The position numbers were made by a program, and so were the translations under genes. The notes below the pieces were generated by a model. That model ran no database searches. It saw only the letters and a program-made list of their open reading frames with translations, and had not been told where the DNA came from. A stretch of DNA of 64,000 nt from Candidatus Bathyarchaeota archaeon (GTDB taxonomy: Archaea; Thermoproteota; Bathyarchaeia; Bathyarchaeales; Bathycorpusculaceae): contig CAWGZR010000005.1 in NCBI GenBank assembly GCA_963827165.1, forward strand, positions 544,001-608,000. Reading direction: 5' to 3'. Position 1 is the stretch's first letter. Each line of letters opens with the position of its first letter. This document shows positions 19,851 through 28,474 of this stretch, piece after piece.

Positions 19851-20822
19851 TTAGCTTTCTTGCTTTTTGTTTAATCTATCAATTAGCGCGCTAATCATTA
19901 TCGGCATTAGCACTGTGGCGTCGCCTTCGACCATTATGCGCCTTGCTTTTTCACTGATTTTTCCCCATGAGACTGCTTCGCGCGGTCTTGCTCCGCTTAA
20001 GCTGCCGTCCCACTCCACTGCCGTACTAATGTAAACAACATAGTCTAAGCCGTCTTTGAATTGGTTCCACCATATTGTGTGGTGCTTGCTTATGCCGCCG
20101 CCAACGATGAATGCGCCGCTTTTCTTAGCGTCAAAAATTATATTGTTGAGGTCTCCTTCGTCTTTGAGAAGGTTAATTCTGAAGTCATGGTGGTCTTGGC
20201 TAAAGAACCATAGTTGATAGCCTACTGCGCCATCTGTTATTCCTGGGACGTAAATTGGAATGTTGTTTTTGGCTGCCCAATAGAGTATTGAGGTTTCGTT
20301 GCAGCAGCGTAACCCGATCTCGCGTGCGAGTTCGCTGGTTGAAAGTTCCCGTTTGCCTTCCGTGTAGAGTTCCTGTAGGAGAATTTGGATTTTCTGCTCT
20401 ATAATTATTCCGTAGCTGTCGTTTGGCACCAGAACATTTCCAAGGCGGTTTAAGCCTTCTCGATGAAGTTTGGAATCGTTCATTATGAAGCTGCCTTTGT
20501 AGTAGTCTTTCCAGCATCGTGCGACGTCATGGTCCAACGTGCCGCAGGTTGTTATCACCACATCGACTAGTTTGCGTTTGACAAGCTCTTTGATTATCCC
20601 TCGAGTGCCAGTGGCGACTATATCGGCTGGGAACGAGAGAAATTTTACGCAGCCCTTGGTTTTAACCATGGATTCTAAGATGGTTACGCCCGTAGCAAGT
20701 TTACCAGCGGTAAAACCCCATGCTTCCTCCATTTGTTGGACAAGCATATCAACAGACATTTCTGGGGTTAATTCGTGGTCTTTTACTGGCTCTTCATGTG
20801 GTTTGTGGGCTTTTTCGGGCAT
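19851..20822 (-). CDS. dys: Deoxyhypusine synthase (canonical archaeal type)
   Basis: TTCGTLDHD, LNRLGNVLVP, PGITDG, GGGISKHH, DGSLSGARPREAVSWGK with active-site Lys. Confidence 0.92.
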   Translation of the reverse strand: MPEKAHKPHEEPVKDHELTPEMSVDMLVQQMEEAWGFTAGKLATGVTILESMVKTKGCVKFLSFPADIVATGTRGIIKELVKRKLVDVVITTCGTLDHDVARCWKDYYKGSFIMNDSKLHREGLNRLGNVLVPNDSYGIIIEQKIQILLQELYTEGKRELSTSELAREIGLRCCNETSILYWAAKNNIPIYVPGITDGAVGYQLWFFSQDHHDFRINLLKDEGDLNNIIFDAKKSGAFIVGGGISKHHTIWWNQFKDGLDYVVYISTAVEWDGSLSGARPREAVSWGKISEKARRIMVEGDATVLMPIMISALIDRLNKKQES

Positions 20823-20886
20823 AAAATAATCTCTCCATGCAGTGGAATAGGGCGCGACAAAATAAATATGTGTCTAGCCCTTTGGT

Positions 20887-21777
20887 CTATTCTGATAAGT
20901 AATTGATGATTCTTTGGTAAATATCGCGGTCGGATGAGTCTTCGTAACCTGCGTAGATGCTGGGGTTGTCGTTCACTTCAACTACAACATAGTCGCCGTT
21001 GACTTCCTTGATATCCACACCATAGAGCCCTTTCCCAACCACGCTACAAGCTTTCAAAGCCACTTCTCTAAGCCTTGTGGGCATTTCCTGTTTTCTGGAG
21101 CTGACTGTTCTGCCCCAGATTACAGTGGGTTTTCCCCGCAGTTTGGCGCCGTGCTTCCACTTGCCCTTTGGAATCATATACTTGCATACATACAATACAT
21201 CGTTGTTTAAGACGCCGACTCTCCAGTCAAAAGCGGTAGGCGTAAACTTTTGGATAGCTAAGACATCTGATTTTCGGAAAAAACGTTTGGCAACATCCCG
21301 AAAGCTGGTTTCGCATGCGGCTTTCTCAACGTAACGTGAGAAACTCGTGTAAGGCGCTTTTATAACGACGGGTTTTCCAAGGGCATCGAATATCTCGCTG
21401 ATTTTTTTATGGTGTAACTCGTCCTTGCTGAGAAACATCGTCGGTATCCGCGGGACGTTGTATTTTTCAAAAAGGGCGTACTGATGGATTTTGTTGCCGC
21501 AGATAGTTATCGATTCAGGGTCGTCAATAACTTTCAATCCAAGTTCCCAAGCGGTTTTGGAAACCACGTAGGCGGTGTTCAGGGGATCAGTTGTTGCCCT
21601 TATCAAGACGGCGTCGTATTTTGGGACATCTGATATGTCTTCGCGGAATAGGAAGTGGAATTCGCCGCCCTGCTTTTCAGTGGCTGCCTTGAATTTTTGG
21701 AGTGCGCCTTCCTCCCTTGGATCCGTAAAATTATATTTCTCAACAAAACATGCGATTTTAGACACCGAAGGGTTCAC
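20887..21777 (-). CDS. RimK-family ATP-grasp amino-acid ligase
   Basis: IDDPESITICGNK, PVVIKAP, DWRVGVL, GLYGVDIK, EVNDNP. Confidence 0.9.
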   Translation of the reverse strand: MNPSVSKIACFVEKYNFTDPREEGALQKFKAATEKQGGEFHFLFREDISDVPKYDAVLIRATTDPLNTAYVVSKTAWELGLKVIDDPESITICGNKIHQYALFEKYNVPRIPTMFLSKDELHHKKISEIFDALGKPVVIKAPYTSFSRYVEKAACETSFRDVAKRFFRKSDVLAIQKFTPTAFDWRVGVLNNDVLYVCKYMIPKGKWKHGAKLRGKPTVIWGRTVSSRKQEMPTRLREVALKACSVVGKGLYGVDIKEVNGDYVVVEVNDNPSIYAGYEDSSDRDIYQRIINYLSE

Positions 21778-22459
21778 CCTGCTCAGAAATGAGCGAGACC
21801 TCTTTGGATATAATCTTCAAATCTTGTTCGGAAAGCTCCTCTCTATTTACGGGTTGCAGTCCACTAAGATAAGCTTTGTCAACAGTTTTTTGTATGTACA
21901 ATTTGCAGATTGGTATCCCAAAGATCTTGTAGACTTTTTCCGCGATTTTCTCCGTTTCTGGATCTTCGTTAATCGTTTTTCCAAAATAAGCTTTAACCGC
22001 GGAAAGTTCCCCTTTAAGAGGTTGCGCGCATACGGCGAATTTGTAGTTCATGCCTAAGCTTTTCATGGCGCGGTAGAGGGCGCTTTTGTTGTTGGCTACT
22101 TTAAAGCCACCGTAAATGAATGGGTTAACCGCGAAAACCAAAACTGGAAAGCCGAGTTCATTGATTATTTTCTTTACCGAGTCGGTGACAACGACAGGCA
22201 AGGTCGGCACACCCGATTTTGCTGCTCTTAGAAGAAAAACCGGGGTTCTGCTTGAGTCAATGATGTTTTCGCATGATGGAATAACGCGGCTGCCAAGAAC
22301 TTCCGCATGCATGGAAACGTAGTAACCTGTTTTGAGGTAGCGGTATTCATTGTTAATGTTCAGTGTAGATTCTTTGATTGTGGAGTCTAAAAACGTTCCA
22401 GGCTTCATTACCTGCAGATTAGTGGTTAGGTCGATGTTTGAGACGACCAACACGGTCAT
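21758..22459 (-). CDS. RimK-like ATP-grasp N-terminal (RLAN) domain protein with partial ATP-grasp-like C-terminus
   Basis: NINNEYRYLKTGYYVSMHAEVLGSRVIPS is the RLAN signature; overlaps the downstream ligase by 20 nt. Confidence 0.8.
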   Translation of the reverse strand: MTVLVVSNIDLTTNLQVMKPGTFLDSTIKESTLNINNEYRYLKTGYYVSMHAEVLGSRVIPSCENIIDSSRTPVFLLRAAKSGVPTLPVVVTDSVKKIINELGFPVLVFAVNPFIYGGFKVANNKSALYRAMKSLGMNYKFAVCAQPLKGELSAVKAYFGKTINEDPETEKIAEKVYKIFGIPICKLYIQKTVDKAYLSGLQPVNREELSEQDLKIISKEVSLISEQGEPFGV

Positions 22460-22562
22460 GGTACACCAGGTTAATCAAAAGGCGTTATCAGTGCAGTTAT
22501 ATTTAAGATTAACTACCGCTATATTCGCATTCCAAGTTAACGCTAAATAAAAAGAGGCATAG

Positions 22563-23753
22563 CTAACGTATAAACCCCTTGAAGTCTTCGGACCCGAACA
22601 CGAATTAGCGCTTGTAGACCAAGAACTCAAACCGCTTTCAATCTCTGATAAGATAATCAAAGATTGTTGCGGAAAAGTCGTCAACTTTGTCGAAATGCCC
22701 ACTTTCACATTTGGAAAAGAGCTGCAGATGCATGTTATGGAGCTCAAAGCCAATTCTCCATTCAAATCCCCAGTCGAATTTGAAGAAACAATGCAAAACT
22801 CGGTTTTAGATCTTAGCAAAATAGTGGAGAAGCACGGCGCAAAACTTCTTGGAACAGGGATGCATCCCCTACTAAAACTAGACGAAACCGCCGTTTGGCC
22901 TCATTACCACCGAAAAATCTATCATGAATTCGCCAAAATATTTAACCTAAACCAACATGGTTGGCTCAATATCCAAAGCTTCCATCTGAACCTCCCATAC
23001 CAAAAAGAAGCAGACGGCATCCAAACGCACAATCTCCTCGCAAACCTGTGCGCTTATCTTCCAGCAATCGCCGCTTCCTCCCCAATTTACGAAGGCAAAG
23101 CAGGAGCCGATAAAGACAATCGGCTGCGGTTTTACAAAGTGAACCAAAAGGAAATTCCCTCGATAACAGCTGATGTAGTTCCCGAGTACGCTACCTCATT
23201 TGGCAGATACAAGCGTGACGTAATCGTGCAATACTCTGAGGATTTAGCCAGAGCCGGCGCTGAAAAAACGATTTTGTGGCGCGAGTGGGTTAACTCACGG
23301 GGGGTAATTTTCCGTTTTGATCGTTCAGCTATAGAAGTGCGCGTGATGGATGAGCAGGAATGCATTAAATCCGATGTCGCGTTGAGCTGCTTCATCCGTG
23401 CCGCGCTCAAAGGTTTAGTCGCTGAGAAGGCCGAGCTTTTGCCGCATGAAGTGCTCGTTCACGATTTTAACGCAGTGGTCAAGGGGGGGTTAAACGCACA
23501 AGTCATGAATCCGCATGGGAAAACAGCTCGGCATGTTTGTCGAACTTTCCTTGACTTAGCAAAAGAATATGCCGACGCCGATGAAAAAAGTTACTTGTGG
23601 CTCATAGAGAAGAGGCTAGAAACTGGCAGCTTGTCCGAAGTCATATTGGACAGAGTTATGCGCCGTGCTGAAAAAACAAGTTTTCATGAGGCAATCGTAA
23701 ATGTCTATTCAACACTTATTAAATGCTTATCCAGTAATGAACCCTACCTCTAA
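22563..23753 (+). CDS. Glutamate--cysteine ligase family 2 (GCS2) carboxylate-amine ligase; non-canonical start likely
   Basis: In-frame extension TYKPLEVFGPEHELALVD upstream of ATG 22695; ELQMHVMELK, GTGMHP, QSFHLNL, ASSPIYEG, IEVRVMD. Confidence 0.85.
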   Translation, partial: LTYKPLEVFGPEHELALVDQELKPLSISDKIIKDCCGKVVNFVEMPTFTFGKELQMHVMELKANSPFKSPVEFEETMQNSVLDLSKIVEKHGAKLLGTGMHPLLKLDETAVWPHYHRKIYHEFAKIFNLNQHGWLNIQSFHLNLPYQKEADGIQTHNLLANLCAYLPAIAASSPIYEGKAGADKDNRLRFYKVNQKEIPSITADVVPEYATSFGRYKRDVIVQYSEDLARAGAEKTILWREWVNSRGVIFRFDRSAIEVRVMDEQECIKSDVALSCFIRAALKGLVAEKAELLPHEVLVHDFNAVVKGGLNAQVMNPHGKTARHVCRTFLDLAKEYADADEKSYLWLIEKRLETGSLSEVILDRVMRRAEKTSFHEAIVNVYSTLIKCLSSNEPYL

Positions 23754-23769
23754 AAAGGCGGTATAACTA

Positions 23770-24315
23770 ATGCTTGAAAAAGACAACGGAGTAACCTATT
23801 CATTTGATGTCTGTAGTCATTGCGCGACTATCTGTTGCCAAGATGCCAAACCGCCGCTGAGTGAAAAACGGAAAAAAACCATAAGGGAAAACATGGCGAG
23901 ACAGAAAATCATCATCAAAGAACCCTTCGCGAAAGAAAGCTATTCTTACCCTTCTGTCGACGAGCTTCTTTACTGTGGTTTTTTTAATAAGAAAACAGGC
24001 AAATGCGTGGTGCACTCAGTTAAGCCTGAAACATGTGTTGCTGGTCCAATCACTTTTGACATCAATTTTTACACAAAAAAAATCGAGTGGTTTCTGAAAA
24101 AGGGCGAAATCTGTGCTTATGCAGCAACCCTCTACGCTGACAAAGAGGCTTTTAAGAAACATTTCAAAATAGCCAAGGAACAGATAACCCAGTTGGTCAG
24201 AGAACTCGACCCAGAAGAACTGAGGGCAATCGTAAAAATTGACGAGCCCAATACGTTCAAAATCGGAGAAAACAATCTTCCTTTAGAAACCCAAAGAAAA
24301 CTCAAATTAAAGTGA
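23770..24315 (+). CDS. YkgJ family Zn/Fe-chelating cysteine-cluster protein
   Basis: CSHCATICC...CGFF...CVVHSVKPETCVAGP. Confidence 0.8.
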   Translation: MLEKDNGVTYSFDVCSHCATICCQDAKPPLSEKRKKTIRENMARQKIIIKEPFAKESYSYPSVDELLYCGFFNKKTGKCVVHSVKPETCVAGPITFDINFYTKKIEWFLKKGEICAYAATLYADKEAFKKHFKIAKEQITQLVRELDPEELRAIVKIDEPNTFKIGENNLPLETQRKLKLK

Positions 24316-24401
24316 TTTTGAACAAAACGTCACCCTTCGCCTTCTTTTGCTTGAAGCAATCAAGTTTAGTTTCTTGATTCGACTGGTTTTCTCTATCTAC
24401 T

Positions 24402-25046
24402 TCAATGGGGGCAACTTTTGACCCATGTGCTTTGCCTCAGAAATCGGTTTGCGGTTGTCGTCCTCCCACCCTTGAGAAGTTGCTCTAAATCCCTCTCAGA
24501 GTCTATGTCTAGCATAACATTTGAAGAAACATAGATTTTGGCTTGGACATGCTTGGCTAACGCTTTGTTAATGTGTTTTTTGAAGCTGCCGGGTCCGAAG
24601 GAGGGCGAAACGATTCCCGGCGGCGTTTGTAGTAACGCGTTGGTTCCGCCGTTCTGCGACGGAGAAATAACCATCGTATTATTCTGCGCCATCTTTACTA
24701 TGTTGTTAATGTCTGTTGAAGTTATAAGCGGGACATCCGCAGGCAAAACCAAAACCCGCTCCGCATTATTCAGAATGCACCATTTTGTCGCCTGGTTGAG
24801 CGCTTGGTTTAGGCCTTTCTGGTTTTCATTGATGAAAGTCATGCCGAAACTCTTAACTAATTCCTCGACTGTCGAATCGGAGCTTACAATTATGAAACTG
24901 TTAACTTTGGAAGATTTCAAAGCAGTCAAAACATCTTCAAGCATAGCCAGCGTAAAAAGAGGGCGCTCTTGCATAGAAAAGAAATTGGAGAGCCTCGTCT
25001 TAGATTTCAGAAGGGTCTTTACAGGCACCACAGCGAAGGTAGACAT
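24402..25046 (-). CDS. cofC: 2-phospho-L-lactate/PEP guanylyltransferase (F420 biosynthesis)
   Basis: VVPVK...KTRLS, AMLEDV, GLNQA, PADVP, GGTNAL, SFKKH, LDIDSERDL. Confidence 0.92.
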   Translation of the reverse strand: MSTFAVVPVKTLLKSKTRLSNFFSMQERPLFTLAMLEDVLTALKSSKVNSFIIVSSDSTVEELVKSFGMTFINENQKGLNQALNQATKWCILNNAERVLVLPADVPLITSTDINNIVKMAQNNTMVISPSQNGGTNALLQTPPGIVSPSFGPGSFKKHINKALAKHVQAKIYVSSNVMLDIDSERDLEQLLKGGRTTTANRFLRQSTWVKSCPH

Positions 25047-25178
25047 ATCTAAACCAACTTAGGTTTCAAACACTATTAAGTTAATCTCAAATAATTGACG
25101 TTTAACTGTTTTAAAATTATGCCTTCCAACTCCACAGCCGCTCAAACCTGCACGCCAAGAAATCAAGTGATGAAGCTG

Positions 25179-25520
25179 CTATGCTCCAAAATCGAGCAAC
25201 CCTGCATCCTTCAACTTTAAAGCTAAAACAACGTTGCCGCTTAGATGGATTTTCCCGCCGAAAAAAGCCTGCGTCGTCTTTAACTTTCCGTTTACTAAAT
25301 CCATGAAATCTGTATCGGCGACTGTCAGCGTCAAGGTTGGCGAGGAATGTTTTCCTTCCGTGACTTTTAGAGTTTGATTTTTCAAGGTAAGTACCCAGTT
25401 GCCCCCATTTGGTCCCGTTAAGTTCAATTGGGCGGTTATGTCAAAGTCCGCTGCTTTTTCAGGTTTGAATTTACAAGGGAGTACTTCCTCTAAGAACTGC
25501 TTTGGTGTTTTAGCTTCCAT
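25179..25520 (-). CDS. SCP2 sterol-binding/lipid-transfer domain protein
   Basis: QLNLTGPNGGNW, PTLTLTV, DFMDLVNGKL...AFFGGKIHLSG. Confidence 0.88.
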   Translation of the reverse strand: MEAKTPKQFLEEVLPCKFKPEKAADFDITAQLNLTGPNGGNWVLTLKNQTLKVTEGKHSSPTLTLTVADTDFMDLVNGKLKTTQAFFGGKIHLSGNVVLALKLKDAGLLDFGA

Positions 25521-25544
25521 TACGTTTCAAGCTCAGTTTTTTGG

Positions 25545-26303
25545 TTACCTGAATAGGTCCTTTTCTTTTGGTCTTGTAAGGTCGACGGTTGATGTATCTT
25601 CCGCAGTTTGATAATTGTAGCCCCTGATGATGGCTGCTGGAATCCCCTCATTAGCTTGTCCAATCACAAGCTCAGCAGCTGAAGACAATTCGTCAGCTAC
25701 AGCTGTCTGTTTTATTCTAAGAACGTACCCAAAAAGGTCTTTTTCACCCCGTCTATCCCTAATCGGTTTGAATCCAGCCACTCCTACCGCCACGTTTATT
25801 TCACCCAGACGAAACGGTCTTCCATGTGTGTCGGAAATAATTACAGCAACATCCACGCCAGTTAGCCGTTTTATCTCTTTTCTAATATTCTGCGCTGAAA
25901 CGTTCGGTTTCTTCGGCAGCGGCACAACGTTTCTGTCTCCGGAAACGTTTGATCGGTCGACTCCAGCGTTAGCGCAGATTATGCCGCTATTAGTCTCTAC
26001 AATTATGCTGTTTTTGCTTAGTCTAACGATTTCTTTTGTTTCTTGAAGGACAACTTCGACCAAAGCTGGGTCTTTGCCAGTTGTCGACGCAATCTCTTTT
26101 GCATGCTGCGACGGGACAACATGGTCGAGGTCGATTATGTTTCCCTCAGCTTTAGAAACAACCACGTGAGTTACGACAATAACGTCTTTTTCCTGTATGG
26201 GCGTTTTCTGTTTTTCAGCGGCTTGTACAATTAGTTGCCCCAGATTGTCTCCTTTTTTTATCAACGGGAGATTTTCAACGGCGATTACTTTCACAGGTTC
26301 CAT
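25545..26303 (-). CDS. cofE: Coenzyme F420-0:L-glutamate ligase
   Basis: PLIKKGDNL, VSKAEG, CANAGVDRSN, DTHGRPFRLG, DELSSAAELVIGQ, DLFR. Confidence 0.95.
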   Translation of the reverse strand: MEPVKVIAVENLPLIKKGDNLGQLIVQAAEKQKTPIQEKDVIVVTHVVVSKAEGNIIDLDHVVPSQHAKEIASTTGKDPALVEVVLQETKEIVRLSKNSIIVETNSGIICANAGVDRSNVSGDRNVVPLPKKPNVSAQNIRKEIKRLTGVDVAVIISDTHGRPFRLGEINVAVGVAGFKPIRDRRGEKDLFGYVLRIKQTAVADELSSAAELVIGQANEGIPAAIIRGYNYQTAEDTSTVDLTRPKEKDLFR

Positions 26304-26447
26304 GCAGTCTTCATCCTGTCTTTAAAGGCTAATACTACAAGAACTAACAGATTAAAAGGTTATCTTGAGCAACTTAGAAAACTTTGAGAAAAATATTTGC
26401 AAACAAAAAAGGTAAAGAATAATAAAAGAGGAAAAGAAGCTGGTTTT

Positions 26448-27173
26448 TTAGCTTCTAAACTTCTGCAGTTTTCGCAACATTTCTTTGTCGCCTTCAGCGT
26501 CTCCGGCGCATGTTGCGATTATGCCGTCAACCAATCCGTTGAGTTTCGCCGCTTTTTCTTCAACTGTTTCCATGGTTGCTGCGGTTGGCCACCCGATCAT
26601 TTTGACGGTTTCTACGTTTTTGGCGGTTCCAACTAGGAAGTATGCGAAGAGTGGCTTGTTGAGTTTTTTGCATTCGGCAGATACTGCTTTGAGTGCGGGG
26701 AATGATTCATCAGTTAGCCTCATGAAGTACACGAAGTCCCATGGTTCACGTACTCGTTCGAGAGTTTCTTCTATTGAGCGTCTTGCTGTCAGTAAGCAAC
26801 CGAGTTTTAGGTTTTTGGTTTTGACATCTTTTCGTATGAAGTCTCTTGCCACTTCAGATGATGCCAGCATGGTTATGGGTTGACCAAACTTGGGGTTGTC
26901 TCCCATGGTGACTGCTAATCCGTCTAGCCCGACTATGTCTGATGCTAAAGCTAAGCCTCCCACTTCAACTGGGCCTTTGTACTTTAATATGAAAATGGGG
27001 CAGACGTATTTTTCTGGGTACTTGTATTTGAGTAAGCAGCTTACAACAACACCGCTTGGAGCTGGAAAACCAGCCGCGCCGTCAGTTACGTTCCAGCCAT
27101 CGACTAGGTCTTTGAGTTCATCTGCAAGCTTCAAAAATTTACGTGTTGGGACAAATTCATTTAGTATTTTCAT
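26448..27173 (-). CDS. Divergent methylenetetrahydrofolate reductase (MetF)-like TIM-barrel protein
   Basis: N-terminal 'ILNEFVP', 'NVTDGAAG', 'LAVTMGDNP' resemble MetF motifs; short (241 aa). Confidence 0.55.
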   Translation of the reverse strand: MKILNEFVPTRKFLKLADELKDLVDGWNVTDGAAGFPAPSGVVVSCLLKYKYPEKYVCPIFILKYKGPVEVGGLALASDIVGLDGLAVTMGDNPKFGQPITMLASSEVARDFIRKDVKTKNLKLGCLLTARRSIEETLERVREPWDFVYFMRLTDESFPALKAVSAECKKLNKPLFAYFLVGTAKNVETVKMIGWPTAATMETVEEKAAKLNGLVDGIIATCAGDAEGDKEMLRKLQKFRS

Positions 27174-27324
27174 CGAGATTTCATCTCGAGCTAAAGGCTA
27201 AATGGGTTAGCATTAAAAAATCTTTTGCATGCCCAAAAGAATGGCAATATATGGAATTATCATTTAGCGGCTCAGGTAAGACATGTTGAATTAGCATCCG
27301 TCTTATGGCGGTTTTTGTCGGCCT

Positions 27325-28383
27325 TTACTGTTTCGGCTGGTTTTTTGTAGCAGCCGCATCTTTTTTCTTTTTTGTCAACTTTAGTAGCAACCCCTTCGAG
27401 AAGGATCCTTCTTCCAGAGGTTTTGACTCAAGCATTCCTGCTTTTTCAGCGTTTGTGAAGAGCTCTTCGCCTTTTTCTGTTCGGATAATCGTGAATGTCC
27501 AGCCATCAAGCCCAAGTCCACCAACGGAGACATCTGCTAGTTCAGAGCTGAAGTCTTCGCATACGCTGCAGCTCATTCGAACATAAGGCTTTATATCGGC
27601 GAGAGGTATCGCTGTGGTTCCGGCAGGGGTTGTCACTAACATTTTTCCTTTTATATTCATTTTTGTTATGTCGTTAAGGTTGATGCCCAGTTTACCTTTG
27701 ATGTGGGTTTCCATGAGCTCTACGTAGTCAAAACATTCTGAGCACATGAGCCCAACGAGGTACTTGATTGGGGCGCTCATCTTTTTTACGTTGTTCATCT
27801 GCATTTTTCGGATTGCTTGAATTTGACAGGGCGTGCCTACGAAAGCGACTTGGGTTTTTTTCTGTTTTATTACTTCGGGAAGTGCAAGAAGCGCTGAAGA
27901 ACACGTGTATTTTGTTCCCGCTGACTCTACAATCTTCTCAGGGGTGGTCGCAAGAATGGGGACTGGAAGGAAAGGTTTTTCTTGGCTTTTTCCAGAAACC
28001 ACAGCACCATCGATCAACCCATTCTTTAATGCGGCGACGAGCATCGCTGTGGCTGCTCCTCCGTCTTGGCGGACCTTCTGGATATCGTTTGGTTTCGCTT
28101 GGGCGGCGACTACTCGGCGGTAAACCCCAAATTCTTCTTGGGGGTTCCTTATTTTGCCGAAGGTGAATTCTTCTGCTTTCGCCATGGCAAAGTTGTATCG
28201 GGGACAAGATTGGGCACATATGCCGCAGATCTTGCATTCCTTGACCAAACTGGGTTTTCCTTTGGCAAGTTCAAGGCTGCCGAACGGACAAGCTACAACG
28301 CATGTTCCGCAGCTCGCGCATTTTCCCGTTTCAACAACTTCGGTTAAAAGAGAGTTTCCAAAACCAACCTTTTTTGAGCTCAT
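27325..28383 (-). CDS. Coenzyme F420 hydrogenase/dehydrogenase beta-subunit family protein (FrhB/FpoF-like) with N-terminal 2x[4Fe-4S]
   Basis: CASCGTCVVACP, CKICGICAQSCP, QDGGAATA, AGTKY, VGTPCQ, GLMC, CSVCEDF, ADVSVG. Confidence 0.92.
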   Translation of the reverse strand: MSSKKVGFGNSLLTEVVETGKCASCGTCVVACPFGSLELAKGKPSLVKECKICGICAQSCPRYNFAMAKAEEFTFGKIRNPQEEFGVYRRVVAAQAKPNDIQKVRQDGGAATAMLVAALKNGLIDGAVVSGKSQEKPFLPVPILATTPEKIVESAGTKYTCSSALLALPEVIKQKKTQVAFVGTPCQIQAIRKMQMNNVKKMSAPIKYLVGLMCSECFDYVELMETHIKGKLGINLNDITKMNIKGKMLVTTPAGTTAIPLADIKPYVRMSCSVCEDFSSELADVSVGGLGLDGWTFTIIRTEKGEELFTNAEKAGMLESKPLEEGSFSKGLLLKLTKKKKDAAATKNQPKQ

Positions 28384-28474
28384 GCTTCTAGCATATGAAA
28401 GTGACTCTATTTAAATTTTGATAGAAAAACCGTTGAAGGGTCTGAAAACGCGGATTTTTCAAAATTTCGCTATC

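Noticed and set aside
22548-22562. Pyrrolysine-type readthrough of the TAG upstream of the GCS2 gene
   Set aside because: An in-frame TAA lies four codons further upstream with no start codon in between
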